From IMG/VR virus record IMGVR_UViG_3300018422_000004, positions 1 through 63,494 of that record: a DNA stretch of 63,494 bases; one strand, written 5' to 3'. Each line of letters begins with the position of its first letter. Positions within the stretch are counted from its first letter, which is position 1. Source of the stretch: a virus (Duplodnaviria; Caudoviricetes). A program made the position numbers and the translations under genes. This document shows positions 1 through 9,399 of this stretch, piece after piece. The notes under the pieces are model-generated. The model had not been told where the DNA came from. It saw nothing but the letters and a program-made list of their open reading frames with translations, and searched no databases.

Positions 1-297
1 GCGCCGAACGGCGAGCCCGGTTTGTTCCGCGAAGTAATCGACCACAGGCGTCTCTAACCAGTTACCGCGCCGCATGGCTTCGGTCTGCGCTTGATGCTCA
101 GCCCTACCGGTTTTATCTAGCCAAAGGGCGTATTCAGATCCGTGTTCCGATACACCCATGAGGAGTGGGACATCGGAACCACCGATTCCTTTGCGGCGCT
201 CAGCGAGCCACTGCTCACGGGGTGCGTCAGCGGGTAGCACGAGTTGACCATCGGGAATGGACCACGGGGAAACAGGCCGAACTTTGGGCGCGTTCAT
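1..297 (-). CDS. YqaJ viral recombinase / lambda-exonuclease family, N-terminal part (runs off the left edge of the window)
   Basis: Own translation from ATG 297: ...EQWLAERRKGIGGSDVPLLMGVS...ALWLDKTG...AMRRGNWLE; classic YqaJ motifs; ATGA overlap with upstream ORF. Confidence 0.85.
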   Translation of the reverse strand, partial: MNAPKVRPVSPWSIPDGQLVLPADAPREQWLAERRKGIGGSDVPLLMGVSEHGSEYALWLDKTGRAEHQAQTEAMRRGNWLETPVVDYFAEQTGLAVRR

Positions 298-734
298 TGG
301 GGGTGTGCTCCCACGACGTCCAACGTGGTTGCGACGATGTCCAGCATTGCGATGATGTTGTCTCTGAATTCCTCGTCGGTGGTGATGGAGTTGTATAGCG
401 CCGCGCAGGCGGGTTCGTCATCGGCGGCGCGGGCAGCGATGAAACGCCCGGCCCAACGCACGGGGGGTGGGACGTCATCGGCGAGTTCGAGACCACCGCC
501 ATTGATGGTGTCGACCCACATGGGTACGACGACCGCGTTGGAGTCTGGGGGCCCGCCTTGGTGGATGATCAAGGTGTCGGCCAGTGCGGCCAGCAGCAGC
601 TGAATGCCCTCGCCACCGTTTGTCTCGTGTAGTTCCTCGACGTAGGCGCCGGCCTGTTCCCAGTCGTCGGCACGCACGGCCGCTAATGTTTTCGCTGCGA
701 GTAGTAGCGCGGCGTCGCGTTCCTCGTGGTTCAT
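294..734 (-). CDS. hypothetical protein
   Basis: 146-aa ORF coupled by stop/start overlaps at both ends. Confidence 0.65.
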   Translation of the reverse strand: MNHEERDAALLLAAKTLAAVRADDWEQAGAYVEELHETNGGEGIQLLLAALADTLIIHQGGPPDSNAVVVPMWVDTINGGGLELADDVPPPVRWAGRFIAARAADDEPACAALYNSITTDEEFRDNIIAMLDIVATTLDVVGAHPQ

Positions 735-1039
735 TGCGCACCACCGTCGGCGAAGAGGTCCCGGCCGGTGGTGACTGGCGGTGGTGTGGTTTTCGGCTGG
801 TTACGGCGGTGTTGCACAGCGGTCTTGCAGTTCGCGAAGTGGCTGGTGTACAGCGGTGTCCCGGGCGTGCGGTCACCGCTGCGGGACACCGGGATCGCGG
901 TGGGTAGCGGCCCGTCCCCGTCGACCAGCGACAAGTTGCCCTCTTGGCTGGGTGCGGCGTCGACTGGCATTTTCTTGCCGGTCGCGGTTCGGCACCAGAT
1001 GATCGGTGCCTGGCACGACTTGCACACCGACGTGGTCAC
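731..1039 (-). CDS. small Zn-binding phage protein
   Basis: CKSCQAPIIW...TGKKMPVD...SHFANC; GTGA overlap places the start at 1039. Confidence 0.65.
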   Translation of the reverse strand: MTTSVCKSCQAPIIWCRTATGKKMPVDAAPSQEGNLSLVDGDGPLPTAIPVSRSGDRTPGTPLYTSHFANCKTAVQHRRNQPKTTPPPVTTGRDLFADGGAQ

Positions 1040-1230
1040 CGGCCGAACACCTGCCGGACCAGCACAGCCGCGTTGCGTGCCTGCACCCGGCACCACGCCC
1101 AGCACCAACTGACCGTGGACGGCACACGGGACCGGTGGTGGCGGCCACGGCGACGCGGAACGGGCGGCAGGGGCTCCCGGTTGTTCCTAGCGAGGATTTC
1201 ACCGATCGGTATCACCCGGCGGCGGTTCAC
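1036..1230 (-). CDS. hypothetical basic protein
   Basis: GTGA overlaps with both neighbours. Confidence 0.4.
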   Translation of the reverse strand: MNRRRVIPIGEILARNNREPLPPVPRRRGRHHRSRVPSTVSWCWAWCRVQARNAAVLVRQVFGR

Positions 1231-2024
1231 GCTGCACCCCATTCCAGCCGATTGGTTTGACGGCGCTTGTTGTGCAGCGTGACGAGGATCTCGGCCATCG
1301 CGTCAGGGATACGGCCACCGCGAATGTCACGGAGCTGCTTGGCTCTACCGATCAGCACCAGCGGGCCGCCTTCCAATTTGCCTAGCTCGGTGATGAGTTT
1401 CGGGGCGTCCAGCCGCGGGTAGCGGCGCAGGAGCAAACCCAAACCAGCGACGATCTCGGCGCGTAACCCATCCGATTCGTGGCCCCACGCGCGGGTCGCG
1501 ACCCTGATCAGGGAATCGCAGGTATCGAGATCATCACCCGGCGGTGTGTTGTACACCTTCTCCAGGGCGCTGACCGCGAAGAACGAGCCGTGTGCCTTGG
1601 CTTTCCGGATGGTCCAGCCGTGGGTTTCGAGTAGCGTGTTCAGTTTGCAGGCAACAGGATCACCTTCGACGACACGGATCCGGAACCTATCCAGAACTTG
1701 CACCTGCCGGGTGTTATTGAGCCGACGGAACATTGCTGCTTCCTCGGCTTTGCTCAAGCCTTTCCACAGCACGGCGGGCACGGATCCGCTGTCTTTGCCG
1801 ATGACGCGCATCGCTGCGACTCGGTGTTGCCCATCGATGATGTGATGGGTTCCATCAGTGCGTTCGGAAACGTGGATTACACCCAGTGCTTCGGGTTCGA
1901 AATCGGCCGCGATTTGCGCGACCCGTGTTCCGTCGAGTGGTCTTTGCACACTGCGGTCGACGGTCAACAGTGCTGGTTCGATGTCCATCACCGTGGATGT
2001 GGGCACTGGCATCTGTGTGGTCAT
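1227..2024 (-). CDS. ParB/Srx-fold protein (DUF6551-like)
   Basis: VDRSVQRPL...GVIHVSER...IIDGQHRVAA motif. Confidence 0.75.
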   Translation of the reverse strand: MTTQMPVPTSTVMDIEPALLTVDRSVQRPLDGTRVAQIAADFEPEALGVIHVSERTDGTHHIIDGQHRVAAMRVIGKDSGSVPAVLWKGLSKAEEAAMFRRLNNTRQVQVLDRFRIRVVEGDPVACKLNTLLETHGWTIRKAKAHGSFFAVSALEKVYNTPPGDDLDTCDSLIRVATRAWGHESDGLRAEIVAGLGLLLRRYPRLDAPKLITELGKLEGGPLVLIGRAKQLRDIRGGRIPDAMAEILVTLHNKRRQTNRLEWGAA

Positions 2025-3448
2025 TTGCTACGCTCCTTGAGGAGGCTGAGAAGTTGTCGGAGGCTTCTGGCTCTCCGGCCCAGGTCGCTGTTCCAATGCG
2101 CGGCCTGGGCCGCTGTAATTGCTGGGTCGAGGCCTTCAGCGGAGGCCAGGACTAGAGCGAGACCGTCGAGGGAATCGGCGAGGACCCGCAGCACGGGTTC
2201 CTGCACGAACCGGTAACGGGCCTCACGTGCAGTGATGGATGCGCTGATCGGTGTCTGGTCGAAAGCCCCGCCGGGGCGCCCTAATTGCCGGGGGTCGGCG
2301 CCGTCGCGGACTTGGGCGACGAACGCGTCTTGGGCTTGTGCTGGTAGCCGCGCGATGCGGGCCGCAGTGTTGAGCGCTACCCCTTCTTCTGCGGTGAGGG
2401 TTTTGAGTGCGTCGGTGCCGGACCGGATGACCCGCTTGGCCCGATCCAGTGACCCGGGGGCGACACCGAGGAGTTTCTCGGCTTGACCTCGGGTGGGCGG
2501 CAGATCAGCCTGTGGCGTGTTGTGGCTTTGGCCTTTGGTGCGATCCGCGAGAGCGGCGGCGATCATCGCCCGGTGGGAATGCGTCAAGCGCCTGCGGTGC
2601 AAATTCGTTTGGATCACGTAAGTCCACGGGTCGCCGCGGTGCACCACCCACCGGGCCTCGAAACCCAGCTTCTGGCAGGCCCGCCACCGGGCCCGGCCAT
2701 CGAGGATCGCGCCCGCTGGGTTCCGCACAATGGGCTGCCGCAACCCGTTGGCGCGAATGTCGGCGACCAGCGCGTCGAATTCGGCGTCGGTCATCGTTGG
2801 TAGTAGCGCCGCCGCTGGGTGCACCACCACGTCACCATCAGTGGTGATCGGGGTCGCGGTGCTCACGTCATGGGTCCCCTCCGTTTTGTGTTTCTTGATT
2901 CTGCGGATGACGTTTGCTCTGGTGAGGTTGCCGTCGTGTGCTTTCGCTCGTTGCAGTGCCGCTTCGAATTGTTCATCGGTGACACCGTCGGTCATGCCGT
3001 AGATGCCAGAGCTGGTGCTGTGGCTCAACAACCAGGTGGGGACGTAGTCACCTGGAGCAGGCTTGGAAGCTGTGTTATCAACACTCGCACCAGGTTGGTA
3101 TTGGTTCCCGGTGTGTTCCCCCTTCCTCTTGATCTCCCCGGCCTTCTGCCCATTGCGAATGGCCACACCGATGCCGCGCTCAGCTCGACGCACCATTTCC
3201 TCGGCGTCCAGACGGATACCGGTGGCCAGATTTCGTTGTCTGGTGGCCTCAGCGACCGTCGCTGCCCACGCCCGGAAATCCGCTATCGGCGCCGGGTCGG
3301 TGCCTTTAGCGGCCACCGCCAGCCACGACTTCGAGTTCACGAGGGCTTGCGTGACGAACCGCCGACTGCCCGCGTCGTCGAGGTCGTCAATCGCAGACGG
3401 GTCCGCGGTGAAGTGAGCCAACTCAGCGGTGCTCATGGCACCCGCCAC
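2021..3448 (-). CDS. fusion: N-terminal phage domain + ParB N-terminal domain + HTH
   Basis: HPAAALLPTM...LVADIRANGLRQPI...ILDGRARWRAC...NLHRRRLT, then a helix-turn-helix-like segment. Confidence 0.75.
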   Translation of the reverse strand: MAGAMSTAELAHFTADPSAIDDLDDAGSRRFVTQALVNSKSWLAVAAKGTDPAPIADFRAWAATVAEATRQRNLATGIRLDAEEMVRRAERGIGVAIRNGQKAGEIKRKGEHTGNQYQPGASVDNTASKPAPGDYVPTWLLSHSTSSGIYGMTDGVTDEQFEAALQRAKAHDGNLTRANVIRRIKKHKTEGTHDVSTATPITTDGDVVVHPAAALLPTMTDAEFDALVADIRANGLRQPIVRNPAGAILDGRARWRACQKLGFEARWVVHRGDPWTYVIQTNLHRRRLTHSHRAMIAAALADRTKGQSHNTPQADLPPTRGQAEKLLGVAPGSLDRAKRVIRSGTDALKTLTAEEGVALNTAARIARLPAQAQDAFVAQVRDGADPRQLGRPGGAFDQTPISASITAREARYRFVQEPVLRVLADSLDGLALVLASAEGLDPAITAAQAAHWNSDLGRRARSLRQLLSLLKERSK

Positions 3449-3735
3449 AGCAGATAAGCCAGGGCACCGCCCGCCAGCAGCGTGCCGGCGGCCATCAACA
3501 CCAGCGCAATAGGCAGTGACGTCATGTCGCCGAACGCCAGGGCTGTGGCGATACCCAGCGCGACACCGAACCCGAACAGTGCCGCGACCAGCGTCACCGC
3601 TGCGACCACGGGCCGACCGGTCTTAACGGGCACATCCGGGTCCGGGAGGTCTTGCATCGAGCCGATGTCACGGACCCACTGGTCGAAAAGCGGGTCATCG
3701 TCGGGAGGAAGCGCGGGTCGTGTCATCACTGACAC
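3433..3735 (-). CDS. membrane protein (2 TM)
   Basis: two hydrophobic stretches; operon-coupled. Confidence 0.55.
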   Translation of the reverse strand: MSVMTRPALPPDDDPLFDQWVRDIGSMQDLPDPDVPVKTGRPVVAAVTLVAALFGFGVALGIATALAFGDMTSLPIALVLMAAGTLLAGGALAYLLWRVP

Positions 3736-4154
3736 CCCGCTGCGGTGACGAGGTCACGCAGGTGCGCGGCAGTGACGGTCCACGTGCGGATTTCCCGGAT
3801 CGCCGGCACACCCAGCGACGCGAGCAATGCAGCGCGAGCCCGGTCGTAGCAACTGGACTCGTAGGTGATCTCAAACGGTGGTGCTGCGTCTGCGACGGTC
3901 CCGGTGACAGTGAGGTAGGTAACCCGCCTGTGGTCGGGGTCGGTGATTTCGATGCGGGCGTGGGTCAGCGCATCCGCAGCGTTCGCGGCGGCGGTGATCG
4001 CCTCGAACAACCCGGCCGATGAGACCAACTCAGCACCGGTCTCATCAGCGAAGTGGGCGTAAGCGACGGGGATCTCAGGGTGCTCGTCGAGCCATGTGCG
4101 CAGGCGGGATAGCCCCCCGCGGAAGTCCGTCGCGGCGGTGAGGGTGGTGGGCAT
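3726..4154 (-). CDS. hypothetical protein
   Basis: 142-aa ORF in the leftward operon. Confidence 0.55.
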   Translation of the reverse strand: MPTTLTAATDFRGGLSRLRTWLDEHPEIPVAYAHFADETGAELVSSAGLFEAITAAANAADALTHARIEITDPDHRRVTYLTVTGTVADAAPPFEITYESSCYDRARAALLASLGVPAIREIRTWTVTAAHLRDLVTAAGCQ

Positions 4155-4158
4155 GGTG

Positions 4159-4452
4159 TTATCCGGCCGCTAGCTTGATCGCGTGGGGTCGGTCGTTAGC
4201 TGTTGCTGATTTGGTGGCTCTGGCGCGGAGTTCGCGACGTCTAGCGGCATCAGCGCGCAGGCGTGCTACGTAGTCGTCCAGCTCGGCGGGGTCGATCAGC
4301 GTCTTGCGACCGTGTTTCAGTGCCGCGAGCCTCCCCTTGGCGATCAAGCGGTAGACCGTGTTCTCGCTCACGATGAGGGCTTTTGCTGTGGCGGAGACCG
4401 TCAGCAGTCCCGCGAGTGGGTCGCAGTTGTTGGCGCTGGGGCCGTCTGACAT
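4159..4452 (-). CDS. excisionase-like HTH_17 DNA-binding protein
   Basis: LLTVSATAKALIVSENTVYRLIAKGRLAALKHGRKTLI; GGGAGG RBS. Confidence 0.8.
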   Translation of the reverse strand: MSDGPSANNCDPLAGLLTVSATAKALIVSENTVYRLIAKGRLAALKHGRKTLIDPAELDDYVARLRADAARRRELRARATKSATANDRPHAIKLAAG

Positions 4453-4717
4453 GACGCGGTGGTCCTCCCTGTCTTAGGCGCGGTCAGACGTTGATGAGCG
4501 GGGGGAAGGTCTCTGGGTGGCCGCCGCGCGTGCGCTTGCGGGTTGGTTGCGGCTACTCCGGGTTGACCGTCGGTGACGCTCTGTGTTCTGACTGCGACAG
4601 GGAGAGGATCAACGATGAGCGTGTCGTTCGTCAAATTTTCTTGCAAACTGTGTTATGAGAGACGATTTCGGATGGCGAGTGGTGGTGTGTGAGCGTGGAT
4701 GAGGGCAACGTGGGAAG

Positions 4718-5113
4718 GTGGACACCATGACCTCGAACAGAACGCCCGTACGGGCGTTGATCGCCCAGCACTCACCCGGGGTCAGCGTGAAGGCGCTGTG
4801 CGCGCAAGCAGGCTCAACCGTGCGGGAGTCCACCCTGCGGCACTGGACCAACCCCGGTGCGCGCCCCAAGCACCGCCCCGACGTAGAACTAGTCGTTGGC
4901 CTAGCGGATTTACTCGGGTGCAGCGTGGGTGAAGCCGAGCACGCGTTCAACGTCATGATGGACCCTCAAGCCCGCCTCCCCGTGAACGTCGAAGAGTTGC
5001 CTGAGCGCGAACGCAGGCTGCTGGTGGCCTTCCGGGGCCTCACCGACACCTACGACCAAGAGCGCGCGATAGCGCAGCTCGAAGTACTCGCCGCCATACA
5101 GCGGGACCGCTAG
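4718..5113 (+). CDS. XRE-like HTH regulator, probable immunity repressor
   Basis: SVKALCAQAG..ESTLRHW..P..ELVVGLADLLGCSV; divergent from the xis operon. Confidence 0.6.
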   Translation: MDTMTSNRTPVRALIAQHSPGVSVKALCAQAGSTVRESTLRHWTNPGARPKHRPDVELVVGLADLLGCSVGEAEHAFNVMMDPQARLPVNVEELPERERRLLVAFRGLTDTYDQERAIAQLEVLAAIQRDR

Positions 5114-5177
5114 GCCCCGAGTGCGGCAACACCTTCGGGCGATGATCAGGCAACGGTCAACGGATGTAATTGCGCGA

Positions 5178-5378
5178 TAGATCCCCAGTGGATCTAATAT
5201 CGATCACTTGCGTCACCGCTGCATCACCCGCTGCATCACCGCTGCATCGTTTGGCCGGGTCACCTTTGCCCGCCTGCCGGAGCGCGGACAAGCCGCGGGG
5301 CAGGTGGTGCGCACCAGTCCAACACGAAGCAGGGAGGAGGGGCCGCTCCTACGTTAGGTCCAGATGCACGTGCATCTG
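5178..5378. promoter_or_regulatory. operator-like cluster: TAGATCC inverted repeat, 3x TCACC(C)GCTGCA tandem repeat, 18-bp palindrome CAGATGCACGTGCATCTG
   Basis: 5178-5196 IR; 5213-5246 tandem repeat; 5361-5378 perfect palindrome just after a TACGTT -10-like hexamer. Confidence 0.5.
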
Positions 5379-5431
5379 CTGAGTGCACCGAGCCGCAACA
5401 CAAGGCCCTCGCGGGGAAGGGATCTCCACCG

Positions 5432-5650
5432 GTGACACCATTGTTCGTACTTGGCGACCCGTTACAGGCTGCGCTCACCGAACTCGGTGACTGCGACGGC
5501 GACTACCCGTGCGTACTGAAGCTACGCCGAGGTGCCGTCATCACCGCCGACGTCGTCCGGGAACTCAACGACCGATTCGGCAACGCCACCGTCGCCACGC
5601 CCGACGACGCCCGCGGACTACGCAGCCCACCGGGACAGCTCGTCACCTAA
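5432..5650 (+). CDS. hypothetical protein
   Basis: 72-aa ORF with upstream purine-rich RBS. Confidence 0.4.
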   Translation: MTPLFVLGDPLQAALTELGDCDGDYPCVLKLRRGAVITADVVRELNDRFGNATVATPDDARGLRSPPGQLVT

Positions 5651-5706
5651 ATTGCCGTGGTGCGGGCCGCGCTAGGGTCCTCAATCCGCTAAGAGGGACA
5701 CCAAAG

Positions 5707-6174
5707 GTGACCACCAGTGCAGCTGACGCCGTCCGGGAACTCATCGACACCTTCCCGGTGCCCGCCGAGCAACGAGATCGGCTCGTCGCCGTACTGCTAC
5801 CGGTGTCCGCCTACCGGCTCAGTGAGCTGACCACGCTGGTCACCAAGGCACCCAAGGCGAAACTGGGAGAACAGCTGCTGAAGTTCATCGCCTACTACGA
5901 ACGCTACGACCAGTACATCCAACGGATAGTCGGCGATCTGCCGCCGCCGTTGACCTCAGAGCAACGCCGGGGAGTCCGTGCCTTGTGCGACACCGCCTGC
6001 GTACCCGACCCGGCGCTTGACGCCGCACACCACCACCACCAGATGTCGCTACTGAACGAAGCAGCAGCGACGATCCGCGATGCACTCACCAAGCGCACGA
6101 CCAAAGTTCCATCAAGCACAACACGACGGCGACGCGTTGCGGCGGCGGGCCGCTGGGGAGTGAATCGGCCATGA
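5707..6174 (+). CDS. hypothetical protein
   Basis: GTG 5707 after AGAGGG; ATGA overlap with next gene. Confidence 0.55.
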   Translation: MTTSAADAVRELIDTFPVPAEQRDRLVAVLLPVSAYRLSELTTLVTKAPKAKLGEQLLKFIAYYERYDQYIQRIVGDLPPPLTSEQRRGVRALCDTACVPDPALDAAHHHHQMSLLNEAAATIRDALTKRTTKVPSSTTRRRRVAAAGRWGVNRP

Positions 6175-6611
6175 CAGCAGACCTTGATCAAGACGCGCTT
6201 GACGCCGCGCTCGCGCTCATCCCGCGCACCGGCGCTAAACACCTGGAGATCGGTTACCTCCACGACGACGTACCCATGGCCGAAGCCGGCTGGTACGCAA
6301 CCGCCACCTACCAGGGCGCGAAAATCATCACCGAGGACCACAAAGGACCCGTCGAAGCGGCCGAAGCACTCGCCCGCCAGCTACTCACCGGCGCCATGTG
6401 CACCCACTGCCACGGGCTCATCGCGCTCTCGGACCTCGGTGCCACGGTGTACCCCCGCGCGGCGCGAACCGATGGTTCAACATGGACCGACGCTGAAGTC
6501 CAGGCCGTGCGGGACGCACCGCAGTGCCGCTACCGGCGCATGGGAAACCGGTGGGTCCGGGGATGCGAAACCGGACCCAATCGCGCCGAGCGCCGTCGAA
6601 AGTCCCGGTAG
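6171..6611 (+). CDS. hypothetical Zn-binding protein
   Basis: CTHC plus distal Cys; PNRAERRR tail common in phage proteins. Confidence 0.6.
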   Translation: MTADLDQDALDAALALIPRTGAKHLEIGYLHDDVPMAEAGWYATATYQGAKIITEDHKGPVEAAEALARQLLTGAMCTHCHGLIALSDLGATVYPRAARTDGSTWTDAEVQAVRDAPQCRYRRMGNRWVRGCETGPNRAERRRKSR

Positions 6612-6665
6612 CGGCTTCCGCACTGCCACTGTACAACATGTACGACAGACTGTAGATTGTCGTAC

Positions 6666-7256
6666 ATGAAGGATAATCGACTCCAAGTACGTATCACCGC
6701 TGGCGGCGACCTAGAGAAATGGCTCGTCGGCCGCACCATACGAATGCACAGCGGCTCTCCGAGCGTGCAAGCCCGCACCGAACTAGCTCTGTGTCGCGAC
6801 CTACTCGCCGCCGAACTCCAAGGCCACCGCATGCCCCTCGCGTGGATCAACTGCATCGCCGACGTCCTCGACTCGCCGCTAGGCGATACCGTGGCAACGG
6901 TTGGCGACACCGTAGGAGTCCCAATCGGGATCGCCTACCTCGAAGCGACAGAGGCCTTTGCTTCAGCGAAGAAGCTGCTGCCCTACGCCACCAAGTTCTA
7001 CGTCGACGAGGACGACGTGCGGGACTGGCTTGTTGGCCTGGGTCCCGCCGCTGACTACGCCTTACGTGACGCCGTGGCCCACTGGTGGATGTCTGATCTG
7101 CCACCTACCGATGAGGGATGGGCCGCAGTGGGCGTCACCACCATCCCCGTGCGACACCTGCGAGCTTTCGAGGTCGACGATGACGGTCCGCTGCGCAGGG
7201 CCTACGAACTAGCCATCGCAGCGGCAGGTCGCGGCGGGCCCAACGCTGATGAGTGA
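6666..7256 (+). CDS. hypothetical protein, probably leaderless and autoregulated
   Basis: TAGATT 7 nt before ATG 6666; 11-bp inverted repeat over the start. Confidence 0.6.
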   Translation: MKDNRLQVRITAGGDLEKWLVGRTIRMHSGSPSVQARTELALCRDLLAAELQGHRMPLAWINCIADVLDSPLGDTVATVGDTVGVPIGIAYLEATEAFASAKKLLPYATKFYVDEDDVRDWLVGLGPAADYALRDAVAHWWMSDLPPTDEGWAAVGVTTIPVRHLRAFEVDDDGPLRRAYELAIAAAGRGGPNADE

Positions 7257-7536
7257 GGACAGGTCAGCGGTCGGCTGGGATGATCAGCCCACCGACGAAA
7301 TCGACCTCGGTATGTCCAATGCTGACGGCAACATCGATGAGGGCTTCGCCGAGGCACTGCGGCAGGCACGCGTGTTCGGTCACCACGCCGGATGGGACTT
7401 CTGCGGCCGTGTGTGGTGGGACGGCTCACGGTTCGTCGAGGACGTATACCGCTATCGCCGTCTGGTCGCCACACACCGTGCCAACACGTTGCCCGAGCTG
7501 ATGGCCCTTGTGAACGACAGCTGGGGATGGGAATGA
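7249..7536 (+). CDS. phage hypothetical protein
   Basis: HAGWDFCGRVWWDG; overlaps previous stop. Confidence 0.6.
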   Translation: MSEDRSAVGWDDQPTDEIDLGMSNADGNIDEGFAEALRQARVFGHHAGWDFCGRVWWDGSRFVEDVYRYRRLVATHRANTLPELMALVNDSWGWE

Positions 7537-7628
7537 CTCGCCAGTAAAAAAAGTTGACTGCGAGGCGAGCTTGTCCGTGCTGGACAACTCGCAGCATCTG
7601 GCAAGTCGGTCCAGCACGAGAGTGCGGA

Positions 7629-8786
7629 TCATCCCAGGCTCGCCTGTGAACCGCTAGGCCCGAATACGCTCACCGCATCGTCCTGCCTACTCAAGTCCGC
7701 GGCCCGTACATAGCGTTGGGTGGTGGCGATGTTGCCGTGGCCCAGGATCTGTTGGATCACCCACGGGTCTTTGCCCGCGTCGGCCATCGTGGTCGCGCAG
7801 GAATGCCTCAAGTCGTGCCAGGTGGGTTTGTCGCCCTCCAGTGAGGCCATTTCCAGCGCTCGATCCCACTCAGCGTAGATCCGGCCAGGTCGCAATCGAC
7901 CCTCAGGACTCGTGAACACGTGGCCCAACGCACCAGCCGGCGGGTAGGCGGCGTAGTGCTGCCGTAGCGCATCCAGGCACCGTTGGCTCAACTTCACCGG
8001 CCGACTGGTTTTACTCTTGGGGTACTCCCGCAATGAGCCGTCAACGTCAATGATGTCGTTAACGTTGACGAACCCTCGCATCAGATCCAGGTTGCACATG
8101 CGCAGCCCGCAGGCCTCGCTGATGCGCAGACCGGCGTCGTGACCGAGCAGCGCTGCGGCCCGTAACCAGCCAGGCAAACTCGCGATTAGCCGCATCAGCT
8201 CTGGGTCGGTGAGAACACGGGCCTGGTGTTCTCGCCGTTTGGGACCCTTGATAGTTAGGGTCGGATCGTCGGTCCGGTAGCCCTTGCGGATTGCGTCGCG
8301 CATGGCGTGCCGCAGCACCGTCAGGCGCAGGGTCCGTGTCGATGGAGCGAATCCCTCATCGCGAAGCTCGCTGAGATAGTCGAGGATCATGTCCTCGGTG
8401 ATCTTGTCGACACGCGCGGTGGGCCACCGCGCGGCCAGCATCCGGGCCTGCACCTGGTAGCCCCGCAGCGTGGAAAGCTCGCAGTCGGGTATTCCTCGCT
8501 TGGCCCACTCGGTGACGTGCAGCGCGAAGCTCGGCAGCGCGCGGCGCTGCGGGGTGATTTCTTGGCTGTCACCGCCACCACCGTCGTCGCCACCGTCGAT
8601 CTCGGCTTGCTTGGCTATCGCCCAGTCCCGCGCATCGCGGAACAGGTCGAAGGTCAGGGTGACTTTTTTGCCGTCGCGCTTGCGGGCGATGCCGCGCCAG
8701 CGACCCGACGGCAATGCTTCTGGACGTATCACGGTTCGGGGGACCCTTCGCTCGTTGCGCACGCGCGGCGTCCCAGTGATCCACAA
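7629..8786 (-). CDS. int: tyrosine integrase
   Basis: GLRISEACGL, K, HDLRHS, LGHGNIATTQRY catalytic R-K-H-R-H-Y set; SAM-like core-binding domain. Confidence 0.95.
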   Translation of the reverse strand: MWITGTPRVRNERRVPRTVIRPEALPSGRWRGIARKRDGKKVTLTFDLFRDARDWAIAKQAEIDGGDDGGGGDSQEITPQRRALPSFALHVTEWAKRGIPDCELSTLRGYQVQARMLAARWPTARVDKITEDMILDYLSELRDEGFAPSTRTLRLTVLRHAMRDAIRKGYRTDDPTLTIKGPKRREHQARVLTDPELMRLIASLPGWLRAAALLGHDAGLRISEACGLRMCNLDLMRGFVNVNDIIDVDGSLREYPKSKTSRPVKLSQRCLDALRQHYAAYPPAGALGHVFTSPEGRLRPGRIYAEWDRALEMASLEGDKPTWHDLRHSCATTMADAGKDPWVIQQILGHGNIATTQRYVRAADLSRQDDAVSVFGPSGSQASLG

Positions 8787-8809
8787 AGCTAGTGCCGGCG
8801 GGTCGTGCT

Positions 8810-9110
8810 GTCCAACTGAGCATGATCCTTTGTCCCATGGGGCTGTCCCACGGTGCTCGATCCGGCGTCAGACACTCCGCTGTGGAGGGCCTTTGACCTG
8901 GTCAAACAGACCATCTAGCTGGTTACGACCCGCAGGCACGAGATATGCATCCATGTGATGGGGGCGGTGCGCTGACCTGGAGTTTTGAGACAGCAAGCCT
9001 CTCACCTGCGCCGTTGGCTGTCAACGAGCACCACAAACCTCACCTACCGCCACCACAGCACGACACAGCGTCGCCCGACACCACCCCGTTCCCACGTTTT
9101 CCCACGCCGG
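8810..9110. other. candidate attP region
   Basis: intergenic beside int; repeated TGTCC(C)A and TTCCCACG arm-like sites on both flanks; TTTGACC-T-GGTCAAA IR; TGACCTGG x2; phage genes on both sides. Confidence 0.45.
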
Positions 9111-9128
9111 AGGCTAGGCTGTAGCGCC

Positions 9129-9353
9129 GTGATCAAAGCGACTTTGCTGATGAAGGACGGCACCAGCATGCTGGTGCTGGGCCTGTCTCGGGAGAACACG
9201 AACCGCCTACACGAGGGCAAACCCATCCCGGTCAAAGTTGCCGAGGTGGACCCACGACTGCCCGAGCTGACCGTCCTGATCATCGCGGGCGAGACGGAGG
9301 ACGCCATCATCGCCGAGGTGCAGAACACCCTCGGCGATCGGCTCCAGTCATGA
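9129..9353 (+). CDS. hypothetical protein
   Basis: VIKATL...LGLSRENTNRLHEGKPI; TAGGCT upstream of the GTG. Confidence 0.6.
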   Translation: MIKATLLMKDGTSMLVLGLSRENTNRLHEGKPIPVKVAEVDPRLPELTVLIIAGETEDAIIAEVQNTLGDRLQS

Positions 9354-9399
9354 CTCTGAAACCCGCAGCGAATGACGATCGACGGGAGGAACGTCGCCC

